Positions 48,552 through 59,795 of a stretch of 64,000 bases of DNA are shown here, in pieces. Every line of letters starts with the position of its first letter. The stretch's first letter is position 1. A program made the translations under genes and the position numbers. This stretch comes from Promethearchaeota archaeon (GTDB taxonomy: Archaea; Asgardarchaeota; Lokiarchaeia; Sigyniarchaeales; SOKP01). A model generated the notes under the pieces. The model was given only the letters and a program-made list of their open reading frames with translations, was not told where the DNA came from and did not search any database. The DNA lies in assembly GCA_048938445.1 (NCBI GenBank), contig JBHLME010000002.1, positions 16,092 to 80,091 of the forward strand, written 5' to 3'.

Positions 48552-48980
48552 TTGAATAGTATCATAACTAACGTTGGGCGTGTAATTGTTGGTAAAGTAT
48601 TACCTAATGAGGATATTATTGATGCCATTAGTGAATTGGCAATAGAAAACAATATAACCTCTGGACTTGTTAATATAATCGGAGCCTTAAAGAAAGCCAC
48701 TATAGGCTTCTTTGATCTCAACAAGAAGGAGTATAATTTTAAAACATTTGAAGAGCCATTCGAGATTATTTCTTGTATGGGAAATATTGCTTATAGTATT
48801 AGAGGACCAATCATCCACCTTCATATCTCATTAGGAAGAGAAGACTTTAGTGTTATTGGTGGTCATTTAAGTCAACCTTCAATAATATCCATTACGGGAG
48901 AAGTTTATATATACGAAATCAACACAAAAATAATTCGCTCGGAAGATCTTCAATCTAAGTTATTTCTTTTAGATGTATAA
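48552..48980 (+). CDS. PPC/DUF296 domain protein
   Basis: IIGAL, EIISCMGNI, HLHISLG, GGHL. Confidence 0.88.
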   Translation: MNSIITNVGRVIVGKVLPNEDIIDAISELAIENNITSGLVNIIGALKKATIGFFDLNKKEYNFKTFEEPFEIISCMGNIAYSIRGPIIHLHISLGREDFSVIGGHLSQPSIISITGEVYIYEINTKIIRSEDLQSKLFLLDV

Positions 48981-48995
48981 TTAGTTGGTGGTAAC

Positions 48996-49547
48996 ATGTC
49001 AGAAGGAAGAATTAAGGAATATGTATTAAAAATCGCAATTTTAGGCGATGCAGGTGTTGGAAAAACATCACTAGTTAACCAATATGTAACAAAATCCTTT
49101 AAAACGGATTATCGTAAGACCTTAGGAGTAAATATCGTGCGTAAGGATATCGAAGTAAAAGAAAAAAATGCCAAAGTTCGGCTGCTTTTATGGGATATCG
49201 CAGGTCAACAACAGTATGAAAAAGCAAGAAATAAATACTATGAGGGATGTATTGGGGCACTATTGGTTTATGATATTACCAGGGATTTATCTTTTCTAGA
49301 TATAGAAGCAAAATGGCTTCATGATTTCAATAAATATGTTAGTGATGACATACCATATGTGTTAATTGGTAATAAAAATGATTTAGAAGAGGATAGGACT
49401 GTTAGTAAGGATGCTGCTATAAAATTGGCAAAAGAAATTAACGCTATTGAATTCATTGAAACTTCTGCAAAAAATGGACACAATGTTGAAGATGCATTTA
49501 TAAAACTTGTTTATCACATTTTAAAAATGAGAGATGAGGTTTCTTAA
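48996..49547 (+). CDS. Rab-like small GTPase
   Basis: GDAGVGKT, LWDIAGQ, GNKND, ETSAK. Confidence 0.93.
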   Translation: MSEGRIKEYVLKIAILGDAGVGKTSLVNQYVTKSFKTDYRKTLGVNIVRKDIEVKEKNAKVRLLLWDIAGQQQYEKARNKYYEGCIGALLVYDITRDLSFLDIEAKWLHDFNKYVSDDIPYVLIGNKNDLEEDRTVSKDAAIKLAKEINAIEFIETSAKNGHNVEDAFIKLVYHILKMRDEVS

Positions 49548-49611
49548 AAATAATAATCATTATAGAGGATTCTTAATTTTATAATACAATTGGATTTGAG
49601 TAAATTATAAT

Positions 49612-50172
49612 ATGATTGGAGAATATATAGGAGTAGTAAATAATAAGGTAGTAACGGCTTTATTAACTGCCTATCATGAAGTTCTCGATTATGATGGATT
49701 AAAATCAATTTTGAGAGAAGCTAATATGTTACACCTTAGAGATATTAAAAATATAGATCCAAATAAAACAATGGATTTCTTTTCTTTCAAAAAAATTATT
49801 ACTGCTCAAAATATACTTCTTTATGAATGCAATTCATTACTAGAAACCATAGGAGAAAAGTTTTCATTTTATTTGTTTCCTTTCGGAAAAAATTTTAAAG
49901 AAATAATTAAGGAAATCAATGAATTAATTCAAACTGATTGGAATGTTGAAATAATTGAAAGCACCGCTGAAGAAATACAAGTAAAAGTCCAAAAATGTAT
50001 ATTTTGTTCTGAAGTTGGAGTATCTTGTGATTTTTTCAAAGGTTTTTTAACCCATTCATTAACAAAGACGTTACAATCTGATATGAAAGTTCAAGCGATA
50101 ATAGATAATGAAAATGCATACGATCCTGATCATTACAATTTTATATTAAAATTAAAAATAAATAAAGAATAG
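49612..50172 (+). CDS. V4R/H-NOX/Bet3-like fold protein
   Basis: IGEKF helix, KCIFC...SCDFFKGFL pattern typical of V4R domains. Confidence 0.6.
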   Translation: MIGEYIGVVNNKVVTALLTAYHEVLDYDGLKSILREANMLHLRDIKNIDPNKTMDFFSFKKIITAQNILLYECNSLLETIGEKFSFYLFPFGKNFKEIIKEINELIQTDWNVEIIESTAEEIQVKVQKCIFCSEVGVSCDFFKGFLTHSLTKTLQSDMKVQAIIDNENAYDPDHYNFILKLKINKE

Positions 50173-50183
50173 ATACGATTAAT

Positions 50184-50735
50184 ATGACTTCCAATGATAT
50201 TAAAGAATTTGTATTTAAAATAACGGTCTTAGGCAATTCTGCTGTTGGAAAAACAAGTCTTATAAACCAATATATAGAACACTCCTTTAAAGAGGATTAT
50301 AAACCTACATTAGGGGCTAATATCATACGCAAGGATGTTTTTGTTGACGAGATTAATGCAAAATGCCGTTTGATACTGTGGGATTTAGCTGGGCAAGAAA
50401 AATATAACGTAATCCGCTCGATGTATTTTCAAGGTTGCGTAGGTGCATTATTAGTCTATGATATCACTCGTCATAATACTTTTAATGATATTCAAGAACG
50501 CTGGTTAAAAGATTTTAAAAAGTATGTGAAGAAAGAAGGTACATACATATTAATTGGTAATAAAATTGATTTGGAAGATCAGAGGGTTGTTCCTAAAGAA
50601 GAGGGCAATACATTAGCAGAGGCCATTCAAGCAAGTGATTTTATTGAGACATCAGCAAAACTAAACCAAAATGTAAACATGGCGTTTAAACACTTAGTCC
50701 ATCAGATTTTAAGAAATCATGGAGAAGAAATCTGA
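50184..50735 (+). CDS. Rab-like small GTPase
   Basis: GNSAVGKT, YKPTLG, LWDLAGQEKY, GNKID, ETSAK. Confidence 0.93.
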   Translation: MTSNDIKEFVFKITVLGNSAVGKTSLINQYIEHSFKEDYKPTLGANIIRKDVFVDEINAKCRLILWDLAGQEKYNVIRSMYFQGCVGALLVYDITRHNTFNDIQERWLKDFKKYVKKEGTYILIGNKIDLEDQRVVPKEEGNTLAEAIQASDFIETSAKLNQNVNMAFKHLVHQILRNHGEEI

Positions 50736-50813
50736 ATCTATTCATTTTACTTGTTTTTAAAGATACTCATTAAAAACTAAATTTTTTAACTCATTAAGGT
50801 TATAATCTAAATT

Positions 50814-51965
50814 ATGAAAGAATTATCTCAAAAAGTAGTAAAAGCACCTAAATCAAAGATTAGAGAATTATTTGATTTAGCAGCAGGTAGATCAGATTTA
50901 ATAAGTCTCGGAATTGGACAACCAGACTTTAAAACTCCAAAACCTGCAATTCAAGGAACTATTAATGCATTGAAAAGAAATATTACTACTTATGCCCCAA
51001 CTCGAGGAGTTGCTGAACTATTAGAACTATTAGAGCGAAAATTAAAACGAGACAATGGTCTTAATGCAAATTGGGAAGACAATATTATAACGTGTAATGG
51101 CGGCTCCAATGCAATTACACTAGCTTACGCAGCTCTTTTCAATCCAGGAGATGAGGTAATATTATCATCACCAAATTTTGTATCATATTTTTACTGTGGT
51201 TCCTTTTTTGATGTAAGAGTAACTGAGGTTGAACGTAGAAATGATCTTGGACCAAATATTGAAAAAATTAAACAAGCAATAACAGAAAAAACCAAGGCTA
51301 TTATAATTAATTCACCGAATAATCCAACTGGATATGCTCTAATGAAGAAGGAGTTGGAAGAAATCGCAGATATTGCTATTGAACATGATTTATATTTGAT
51401 AAGTGATGAAGTATATGAAAATTACACTTATGATGGATTAAAACATGTAAGTCCTGCTTCTTTAAATGGAATGTTTGAGCGTACAATTACTCTAAATGCA
51501 ATGTCCAAGTTATATTCTGCTACAGGATTTAGACTTGGATATGTTATTGCTCAAAAAGATGTTATCGATTTAATGGAAAAATATCTCCAATATACCGTAG
51601 CGGGCACAAACCATGCTGCGCAATATGGATTTATAGAGGCATTGAAAATGGATAATTCTTTTTTTAAAAAAATACTTGAAAGTTTTGATGAGCGTAGGAA
51701 ACTAAGTTTTAACAGATTAAAATCAATGGGTTTTGAAGTACAAAAACCTAGTGGTGCTTTTTATATAATGCCTTCTGTGAAACCTTTTAACATGAATGGC
51801 TCAGAATTTTCTAAAAAAATAATTAAAGAAAAAGGTGTAGCAATTGTACCGGGTGATATTTTTGGTTCTTATTCAGATGATAGATTAAGAATATCATATG
51901 CGACCGCAATAGAAAAATTGAAAGATGCAATGGATAGGATAGAAAGTTTCATAGAAGATTTATGA
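50814..51965 (+). CDS. PLP-dependent class I/II (aspartate) aminotransferase
   Basis: LGIGQPDF, NSPNNPTG, SDEVY, SKLYSATGFRLGY, GAFY, LRISYA. Confidence 0.93.
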   Translation: MKELSQKVVKAPKSKIRELFDLAAGRSDLISLGIGQPDFKTPKPAIQGTINALKRNITTYAPTRGVAELLELLERKLKRDNGLNANWEDNIITCNGGSNAITLAYAALFNPGDEVILSSPNFVSYFYCGSFFDVRVTEVERRNDLGPNIEKIKQAITEKTKAIIINSPNNPTGYALMKKELEEIADIAIEHDLYLISDEVYENYTYDGLKHVSPASLNGMFERTITLNAMSKLYSATGFRLGYVIAQKDVIDLMEKYLQYTVAGTNHAAQYGFIEALKMDNSFFKKILESFDERRKLSFNRLKSMGFEVQKPSGAFYIMPSVKPFNMNGSEFSKKIIKEKGVAIVPGDIFGSYSDDRLRISYATAIEKLKDAMDRIESFIEDL

Positions 51966-51966
51966 T

Positions 51967-54228
51967 CTAACGATATAAATCTTCCTTAGATTCTCTAATA
52001 TTTCTAGTCCTTATTAGATCTTGCGTCATGGTATCATATTGTTCAATAATACTTTTTGGTAAAGTAGATGTTATCTTATCTAAAGCTGTTTCAAAGTGCC
52101 TGAGTTCAATTTTTTCTAATTTTTCTCTCTTTTCTCTTATTGCTTGCATGCCTGCTTCTCGACATACATTTTCTAGGTCTGCTCCACTATACCCTTCCGT
52201 GATTTGAGCTATTCTTTTCAATGAAACATCTTCAGCGAGAGGCATGTTTTTCGAGTGCACTTCAAGGATACTAATTCTAGCGTCCAAATCAGGAGCAGTA
52301 ACATATAATAACCTGTCAAATCTTCCTGGTCTTAAAAATGCAGGATCAACTATATCCGGTCTATTAGTGCTTGCTATGACTACAACACCCTTTCTATTTT
52401 CAATACCATCAATTTCTACTAGCATCTGATTAACTATTGATGCATATACTTGAGTACCTTGATAATCTCCCCTCCCAGACGTGATAGCATCAATTTCATC
52501 GAAATAAATAATTGTTGGGGCTGCTTGGCGAGCTTTTCGAAATATTTCTCTTATCGCTTTCTCACTTTCGCCAACCCATTTAGAAAAGATTTCTGGTCCT
52601 TTTATTGATATGAAATTGCTTTGACTTTCTGTTGCAACTGCCTTAGCCAGTAATGTTTTTCCGCAACCAGGAGGACCAAATAGTAAAATACCGTTAAGAG
52701 GACGAATTCCTGCCTTTTCAAACAAATCAGGATACTTCAAAGGCCATTCTACTGCTTCTTTTAATTCATCTTTTATTTCTACCAATCCTCCCACATCATC
52801 CCAAAGAACGTTCGGTATTTCAATCATGACTTCACGCATTGCAGATGGTTCTACCATGTTTATGGCATGCATAAAATCTGCATCTTTAATTACTAATTCT
52901 TGAATGATATCGCTGGGGATTTCTTCATCTAAATTAATCTTAGGTAGAATTCTTCTTAATGAAAATATTGCAGCTTCTCTACATACAGCCATTATATCCG
53001 CTCCTACAAAACCATGGGTTATTTCCGCATAATGGTCCAGTTTAACATCAATATCAAGTGGCATGCCTCTAGTGTGAATTTGAAAAATTTCTTTTCGACC
53101 TTTAACGTTAGGAACGCCAAATTCAATTTCTCTATCAAACCTCCCAGGTCTCCTCAGAGCTTCATCTATTGAATTTACTCTATTAGTTGCACCTATGCAA
53201 ATTACTTCACCTCTCCCTTGTAAACCATCCATTAAGGAAAGTAATTGAGAAACAACTCTTCTTTCGACTTCTCCAGATGCGTCTACTCTTTTAGGTGCAA
53301 TAGAATCGATCTCATCGATAAAAATTATAGTTGGGGCTTCTTGTTCTGCCTCCCTGAAGATATCACGTAATCGTCCTTCACTTGCTCCATAAAATTTACT
53401 CATTATTTCTGGACCATTAATTATTTTAAAGTTTGCATTAGATTCTTGAGAAACGGCTTTTGCCATTAAAGTTTTTCCGGTTCCTGAAGGGCCATAAAAT
53501 AATACGCCTTTAGGGGGGTCAATATTTAAACGATGGAACAATTCAGGATGTTTTAAGGGTAATTCAACCATTTCTCTAATCCTTTGGATTTCATCAGTAA
53601 GTCCTCCAACATCATCATAGGTAACTACTCCACCAGAAACATTTAAAACCGCGACTCTTTTATTTACTTTAATTTTCGTATTGCGAGTGATCTTTACAAC
53701 TTTTCCCGAAGGAGAACAATTTTCAACAATAAGCCTTAATGTTCCTAATGTTGGTCTTTTTTTACTACCAGGCATTAACATTTTCATCATTCCTTCCATT
53801 GGATTATCAGAGTCGTCCTTTTGAATGAATGATCCTAATATATCTACAATATCACCAATAACAACAGGTTTATCTATAAGTTTTCCTTTAATAGCATCGG
53901 ATTGTCTTTTTAAATCTATATCAGGACGAGTTGGAGTTAATACTATTTCACCAGCAGGATATACTTCCGCTTTTTTAATATTAATATATTCTCCTATTGT
54001 GGCTCCTGCGTTTAGTCTTTGCAGACCATCTAATCTAATTATTCTCTTCCCCTTATCTCCTGCACTTGCTACCACGATTGCAGCAGTTTTTTTTTTTCCT
54101 TTGAGTTCAATGATATCTCCCGTGGAAATTCCAATTTCTTCTAATACTTGTTGATCAACATAGCATAAGGAGCGTCCACTTCGGTTTTTTTCTAACCGTT
54201 CAATTCGGAGTTTAATTTCTTCTGACAT
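51967..54228 (-). CDS. cdc48: Cdc48/p97/VAT AAA+ ATPase
   Basis: N domain plus two AAA modules: GPSGTGKT and [26 protein letters not shown]. Confidence 0.96.
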   Translation of the reverse strand: MSEEIKLRIERLEKNRSGRSLCYVDQQVLEEIGISTGDIIELKGKKKTAAIVVASAGDKGKRIIRLDGLQRLNAGATIGEYINIKKAEVYPAGEIVLTPTRPDIDLKRQSDAIKGKLIDKPVVIGDIVDILGSFIQKDDSDNPMEGMMKMLMPGSKKRPTLGTLRLIVENCSPSGKVVKITRNTKIKVNKRVAVLNVSGGVVTYDDVGGLTDEIQRIREMVELPLKHPELFHRLNIDPPKGVLFYGPSGTGKTLMAKAVSQESNANFKIINGPEIMSKFYGASEGRLRDIFREAEQEAPTIIFIDEIDSIAPKRVDASGEVERRVVSQLLSLMDGLQGRGEVICIGATNRVNSIDEALRRPGRFDREIEFGVPNVKGRKEIFQIHTRGMPLDIDVKLDHYAEITHGFVGADIMAVCREAAIFSLRRILPKINLDEEIPSDIIQELVIKDADFMHAINMVEPSAMREVMIEIPNVLWDDVGGLVEIKDELKEAVEWPLKYPDLFEKAGIRPLNGILLFGPPGCGKTLLAKAVATESQSNFISIKGPEIFSKWVGESEKAIREIFRKARQAAPTIIYFDEIDAITSGRGDYQGTQVYASIVNQMLVEIDGIENRKGVVVIASTNRPDIVDPAFLRPGRFDRLLYVTAPDLDARISILEVHSKNMPLAEDVSLKRIAQITEGYSGADLENVCREAGMQAIREKREKLEKIELRHFETALDKITSTLPKSIIEQYDTMTQDLIRTRNIRESKEDLYR

Positions 54229-54349
54229 TGTATTTTCTATAAAATAAATCTTGTTAATAAATATAATATTATTTTAACTCATGTTATTAAAGTAATTCAT
54301 ACTTAATTTCTTTTTCTTTATTTTTTATAATTAAAAAATAACAAGAACC

Positions 54350-55153
54350 TTAAGTTAGTTTTTGATTTAACGATTTTTCCATGAATTTTATGAAATTATT
54401 GGTTATTTCTGATTCAGTGAGGGATTTATCTAAATTAAGTTTTATGAAATTTTTTCTCAAATAAAGAATTTTTTCTTTTATGTAAAGATTTTTTGGATTT
54501 TTTAAAAAATTTCCAACAGTTTGTCGAGTTATATGCTCTAATCTTTCAATGTTTAAATTAGAACTCATACCTTCCTTATTTTCTTTTTTAGCATGTAATT
54601 TTGATTCCTTGAGATCGATTATGATTTGATTGATAATTTCATCTGCTTTTTTTTTAATATCAATTATTGTGGAAAGATCAACCTCATAAAAGGGTTTATC
54701 CCATTGATATTTGTCAAATTTATCAAATTTCTCATTAACCTTTTTAATGACTTCATTTGGAATCTTTCTACCCCTTATTTCATTCCATTTCAAACAAAAA
54801 TCAATGGGTGTTGATATATGAATTATAAAAAAACTTAAACTTGATATGTCTGAAATTTCTTTCAAATCATGTCTCATGCTTGAATAATAATTCAAATCAT
54901 CGCTTATAACAATATTCCCTTCTTTTAAAGCTTCAGAAATTTTGAGTAAATTGTTTTCACGAACAATTTTTTCTTTTCTATAATCAAAATAATTATTGGT
55001 TAATGATTCTCGAATTATATCGGGATCTACAATTATCACATTTCTACCTTTAATTCTTTCTATTAATCTTTCCTTTAGAATCTTTGCAAATGTCGATTTA
55101 CCTGATGATGGTAATCCTACTAAGCATATTAAAAAATTTAACAAGATACTCAT
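54350..55153 (-). CDS. pstK: L-seryl-tRNA(Sec) kinase PSTK / Kti12 family
   Basis: VGLPSSGKST, DPDIIRES, DDLNYYSSMRHDL, WN-x-RG, KYQWDKP, C-terminal helical domain. Confidence 0.8.
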   Translation of the reverse strand: MSILLNFLICLVGLPSSGKSTFAKILKERLIERIKGRNVIIVDPDIIRESLTNNYFDYRKEKIVRENNLLKISEALKEGNIVISDDLNYYSSMRHDLKEISDISSLSFFIIHISTPIDFCLKWNEIRGRKIPNEVIKKVNEKFDKFDKYQWDKPFYEVDLSTIIDIKKKADEIINQIIIDLKESKLHAKKENKEGMSSNLNIERLEHITRQTVGNFLKNPKNLYIKEKILYLRKNFIKLNLDKSLTESEITNNFIKFMEKSLNQKLT

Positions 55154-55166
55154 TAATTAGTTATAT

Positions 55167-55436
55167 TTAGCTATCAATAAAATTATTGATTAATTCAAGT
55201 TTTTTATCTCGAGATAGAGATTTTATTTCCTTTTCCCGTCTCATTGCATTATTTCTTTTGAAGAATGTCTCGAAATATTTTAATTCAATTTTCAATTTAC
55301 CCCTGCAATACCTTGCTCCTTTTCCTTCTTTATGCTCCTTTATACGTCTTTGAAGATTATTTGTATATCCCGTATAAAGACTACTTTTACCGTTTCTTGC
55401 GGTGGTTTCTAAAATATACACATAATAAATAGACAT
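55167..55436 (-). CDS. GIY-YIG nuclease (UPF0213)
   Basis: YYVYIL, LYTGYTNNLQRRIKEH, GARY, AMRREKEIK. Confidence 0.9.
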   Translation of the reverse strand: MSIYYVYILETTARNGKSSLYTGYTNNLQRRIKEHKEGKGARYCRGKLKIELKYFETFFKRNNAMRREKEIKSLSRDKKLELINNFIDS

Positions 55437-55653
55437 TTAAAATACACTAAAAATATATACGAAAATCTTATATTTATTTTTTCATATGAATGATTTTGGA
55501 ATGCAAGGAAACAATTCCTAGTTTAGCTGTTATTTCTTTTTTTATTATTCTTAATGAGATTATTTAATACATTTTTGATACAAATTTAATAGATTCAAGT
55601 AAAAAAAATAATAATTTTAATAATAAAAAGAAGATGATAATTAAAAAAAAAAA

Positions 55654-56307
55654 TTACATTACAGATTCATGTTTTATTTTTTCTTCTTCTGAAATCGCTT
55701 CAGATAATTCTTTTTTAATCTCAGCTAATTTATTTTCTCTTTTTTTTAGATCTTCAGCTTTTTTTGTATATTCATCTCTCGCATCAGCTAAATCTTTTCT
55801 GAGATCTAAATAAGCTTTTTCAGCTTTATTTAATTTTTCATCTGGTGCTCCATTTTTTCCTAGTTTAACATAAGCAAATTGTTTTTTAGATAGATCATTT
55901 TGAACCTGAGCAATCTTTGATCTTTTTTCAGCTAAATCAATCCTTTCATCTGCAATTTCTTCTTCCATGTTTGATAATTTTTTTCTAATTTCGGCAATTT
56001 TAATTTGAGTCTTAGCTAATTTTTCTTGATAAGTTGCCATATCTAGTTCGATTTTTATTTTAATTTCATCAAGGTTTAGGAGATCTTTTTTTTCTTGTTT
56101 AATTTTTGACAGTTTTCTAGTTTTTTCTGCTAATTCTTCTCTTATTCTTGCTAAGTTTAATTCTTTTTTACTTAAAAGTTCCCTTGCTTTAGCTCTTTCA
56201 CGTTCTGATTTCGCTAATTGTTTAGAGTTATACGCTATTTCTTTTTCTGTTTTTGACATTGAAGAATTTTCACTTGCATATTGCTCAATTTTTTCATATT
56301 TTTCCAT
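55654..56307 (-). CDS. All-helical coiled-coil protein, paralog 1 (BAR-like?)
   Basis: 217 aa; collinear similarity to 58597-59262 and 59796-60446. Confidence 0.7.
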   Translation of the reverse strand: MEKYEKIEQYASENSSMSKTEKEIAYNSKQLAKSERERAKARELLSKKELNLARIREELAEKTRKLSKIKQEKKDLLNLDEIKIKIELDMATYQEKLAKTQIKIAEIRKKLSNMEEEIADERIDLAEKRSKIAQVQNDLSKKQFAYVKLGKNGAPDEKLNKAEKAYLDLRKDLADARDEYTKKAEDLKKRENKLAEIKKELSEAISEEEKIKHESVM

Positions 56308-56613
56308 ATTTATACACCCTCTTTTTTTGAATTAAATTTCAATTCATAAGAATTCTTTATAATTTTATATTTTTAAGATTTTGTCTTCAAAATCAATGAA
56401 GATTTATTTAAATAACTATATTTTAAAAATTTATATCATAAATATTAAGGTTATTTCTGCTGTTCTTTTTCAAATTATAATCTATATTAAATTAATTAAT
56501 TTCCTCAATTTATTGCATATAAGATTTAATTTAATAATTTATATAAATAAATTTTAATAGGATCTAACTCTTAAATTATATTTATTTAATTAAATAATAT
56601 CTAATTTACTCCA

Positions 56614-58059
56614 ATGTTTATTAGCATAATTATCATTGTCTCTTGTTTTTTAATTGTCGTGTTCTTAATTGTCACGGAAAGATTAAATCGAGCTATAGCA
56701 GCTTTAGCAGGAGCAATCATAACCTATTTTGTTTTAATTTTTATTGAAGGCTATGATTTCTTAATAATTGTTGAGCTCTTATTTAGTACTCAATCAGAAG
56801 GATTCGTAAATTTGCATTCTTTGATATTAATATTAGCCATGATGATGATTGTGGCAATATCAAATGAAGCAGGTACCTTTCAATTTATTTCAATTACATT
56901 AATTAAACTTTCTAAGGGAAGACCGGTCATATTATTAACGATACTTTGTTCTTTGACAGTATTATTATCTTCATTGTTAAATAATATTTTAACTGTCATT
57001 ATTCTAATACCTTTAACAATTACTATTTCACGAATTTTAAATATTGATCCTTCTCCATATGTGTTAACTCAAGCCGTATTAGTGAATATAGGGGGAACTG
57101 TATTTTCTATTTCTTCAATTCCAAATATATTAATTGCTACCTATGCAGGGATTTCATTCATTGATTTTTTTATTAATATTGGAACAATATCATTGATAAT
57201 ATTCATATTTACACTCATTTTTTTTATACTTTTATATAAAAAAGAATTGAAAATACCTCAAGAAGGAGTTCAGGTTTTAAGAGAATTTAATGTATGGAAC
57301 TTCATACAGAACAAAAAATTACTATATGAAAGTGTATCAGCATTAATCATTGTATTACTTTTATTTATGATAATACCAACTTCATTTATTACTCCCGATA
57401 TAATTGCTTTATTTGTTGCAATAATTCTTATTTTAGTAAGTAGAATTGATCCAAAAGTAATGTTTTCAAAAATTGATTTTGAATTGTTGGTTTATTTACT
57501 TGGCGTTTTCGTCTTGGCAGGTTCTTTTGAAATCCTTGGAATTGCTGACTTTTTGGGAGCAGTTTTATTTAATATTGGAGGTGGAAATTTATTAATTCAA
57601 TTAATTGTTATTTTATGGATTTCCTCATTCCTAAGTAGTGCAATAGATAATATACCAATCACTAAGGTCTTAATCCCAATAATTGATACAATACCATATG
57701 GTGGATCTTTACTATATCGTAATCAAGCATTTTATAGTCTAGCTATTGGAGCAAATTGGGGCGATAATTTAACACCATTAGGAGATAATATCTTAGTAGT
57801 GAATCTTGCCGAACAAAATAAACGTCCAATCAGTTTTAGACAATTTTTTAAAATAGGATTTGTTACTACTGTCTTTCAATTAGCCATTACTACTATTATA
57901 ATAATAATTTTATTTGATCTTTTTATGGGAATTGTTATTATATTAGTGATCTTTCTTTTTTTAATGAGCTTTTACCTTTTATATAGTTTCAGTCCTAAAC
58001 ACATGAAAATAAAATTAGAAAAAACAATAAATAAAATAAAAATGATAATTATTAAGTGA
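56614..58059 (+). CDS. ArsB/NhaD/SLC13 (ion transporter superfamily) permease
   Basis: LSSLLNNILT, NIGG, SAIDNIP, GANWGDNLTPLG; more than 12 TM. Confidence 0.85.
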   Translation: MFISIIIIVSCFLIVVFLIVTERLNRAIAALAGAIITYFVLIFIEGYDFLIIVELLFSTQSEGFVNLHSLILILAMMMIVAISNEAGTFQFISITLIKLSKGRPVILLTILCSLTVLLSSLLNNILTVIILIPLTITISRILNIDPSPYVLTQAVLVNIGGTVFSISSIPNILIATYAGISFIDFFINIGTISLIIFIFTLIFFILLYKKELKIPQEGVQVLREFNVWNFIQNKKLLYESVSALIIVLLLFMIIPTSFITPDIIALFVAIILILVSRIDPKVMFSKIDFELLVYLLGVFVLAGSFEILGIADFLGAVLFNIGGGNLLIQLIVILWISSFLSSAIDNIPITKVLIPIIDTIPYGGSLLYRNQAFYSLAIGANWGDNLTPLGDNILVVNLAEQNKRPISFRQFFKIGFVTTVFQLAITTIIIIILFDLFMGIVIILVIFLFLMSFYLLYSFSPKHMKIKLEKTINKIKMIIIK

Positions 58060-58065
58060 GTTTAT

Positions 58066-58491
58066 ATGGTTCTTAGAAGCATTAAAAATATTAAAGAAAC
58101 ATTACCTGAAGTTATTCATGTGGTCATGTTTTATAATAACGGAACAGTATTCCAAACTACTTTTGAACAGCACTATAATGTGCCAAAATTGGGAGAACAT
58201 CTTGCAGAGGCGTTGGATAAAATATTTAAGGTATATGAAACATGCAATTTTGATTATAGTGATTATAAAAAGCTAATTTTCGAAACTGATAAAATCTCAG
58301 TTATGATTCTAAAGCTTGGTGAGGATAGTAATATCGCCTTATTCTTCGAAAAGCAGCTTGATATTGATCAAAAATTAAAATCAATTAGGCGTTATATAAA
58401 AAAAATTGAAGAATTAATTGATATGGACTTATCAGAAATAGGTTCCCAAGAGAAAGAAGATAATAAGAATAATTTAGAAAATAAGATTTAA
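58066..58491 (+). CDS. Roadblock/profilin-like fold protein (tentative)
   Basis: LPEVIHVVMFYNNGTVFQT...LIFETDKISVMILKL pattern. Confidence 0.5.
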   Translation: MVLRSIKNIKETLPEVIHVVMFYNNGTVFQTTFEQHYNVPKLGEHLAEALDKIFKVYETCNFDYSDYKKLIFETDKISVMILKLGEDSNIALFFEKQLDIDQKLKSIRRYIKKIEELIDMDLSEIGSQEKEDNKNNLENKI

Positions 58492-58596
58492 TCAATATAG
58501 TCCTCAATAAATTACTTTCTTATACAATAAAAATTTAAATTTTTAATTATCTTAAAATCTAGTTAATAGTTATAAATATAAAAGAGAAGGAATAAA

Positions 58597-59262
58597 ATGG
58601 CGAATATAAACAATATTGAAGAAATGGCAATAAAAAACTCAGATATCGCAAAACAGGAAAAAGAGGTAGCTCTTTTAGAAAAAAAAATGGCAAAAGAGGA
58701 ATTGAATAGAACAAGAGCAAGAGAAAGGTTAGCCTATAGCCAAGAAAAATTAGCAGAATTAACCCTGAAATTAAGAGAAAAAAATTTCGAGTTAATAGAA
58801 AATAAAATAAAAGACATGTCAATTTTAAAATATACCGAGGAACAACTAAATAAAGAGAAGAAAATGGCAGTTTATGATGAAAATATCGCAAAAGCTCAGT
58901 TAAAAATGGCAGAGATTCATAAAAAGATTGCAGAGGTTGAAATAAAAGTTGCTGATTTGAGATTAAAAATCGCTGGTAATAAAATTAAGATTTCAGATGA
59001 AAGAGAAAAACTTGCAAAGAAAATGCTATTATATGTAAAAGCAGCAAGATCAGGTGCAGATGAACAAAAATTAAGTAAATTAGAATCTAATTATGAAAAC
59101 CAAAAAGAAAATTTAAATGATAAAAGAAAAGAGATTATAGAAAAAAAAGAAGCTATCTCAAATAAGCAAATAAAACTTTCTGAATTAAAACGAGAACTAT
59201 CAAATGCAATGAATGAAAGAGCTAAAATAAGACCTACTGGAACTATTGAACAATCTTTTTAA
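58597..59262 (+). CDS. All-helical coiled-coil protein, paralog 2 (BAR-like?)
   Basis: 221 aa; shares IE-x-A-x-NS, AK-E, ARE-L, IAEI and YVK motifs with its paralogs. Confidence 0.7.
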   Translation: MANINNIEEMAIKNSDIAKQEKEVALLEKKMAKEELNRTRARERLAYSQEKLAELTLKLREKNFELIENKIKDMSILKYTEEQLNKEKKMAVYDENIAKAQLKMAEIHKKIAEVEIKVADLRLKIAGNKIKISDEREKLAKKMLLYVKAARSGADEQKLSKLESNYENQKENLNDKRKEIIEKKEAISNKQIKLSELKRELSNAMNERAKIRPTGTIEQSF

Positions 59263-59274
59263 AAATTCAATAAA

Positions 59275-59730
59275 ATGACTGTTATAAAATTTTCTGAAAA
59301 TGAATTAGTTGAAATTAAAAATATTAAAATTGGAAAATGGGATATTATCGCAGAATATCATAGAATTGATTGGATTACAAAAGGACACGATCAGGAAGAG
59401 GCTAAAATTCATGGAATTGTAATAGCAATTGTTGGATATCAATCAAGATTAGGGAAAAAGACAGATAAATATGATTTAGAGAAAAAAAATGGAGAAAAAG
59501 GTGTATCTATTACACATCGAAAACAAGATAAATGGATAACAAGTAAGGAATTTGATAAAATCATTAAAAATTTAGGTAAAAAGTATTATGACCTAATATT
59601 TTCTCCCGCAATACAAAATTTATATGATGCAGGATTTTCTTATGAGGCAGTGAAAAAAAAAGTAGATATTCCCTCTCAAATAGGAGCTAAAATTACATTA
59701 GACAAATTTATTCCCTTTATTATTAAATAA
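59275..59730 (+). CDS. Hypothetical protein
   Basis: 151-aa ORF co-oriented between the coiled-coil paralogs. Confidence 0.6.
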   Translation: MTVIKFSENELVEIKNIKIGKWDIIAEYHRIDWITKGHDQEEAKIHGIVIAIVGYQSRLGKKTDKYDLEKKNGEKGVSITHRKQDKWITSKEFDKIIKNLGKKYYDLIFSPAIQNLYDAGFSYEAVKKKVDIPSQIGAKITLDKFIPFIIK

Positions 59731-59795
59731 AAAAAATAATTTTTTTGATTATATTGAAATTAATCTTATATTAACAAATTCTGAGAATAAATGTC

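Noticed and set aside
55167-55436. GIY-YIG gene as a homing endonuclease or mobile element
   Set aside because: It is a short stand-alone UPF0213-type protein with no intron, intein or terminal repeats around it.
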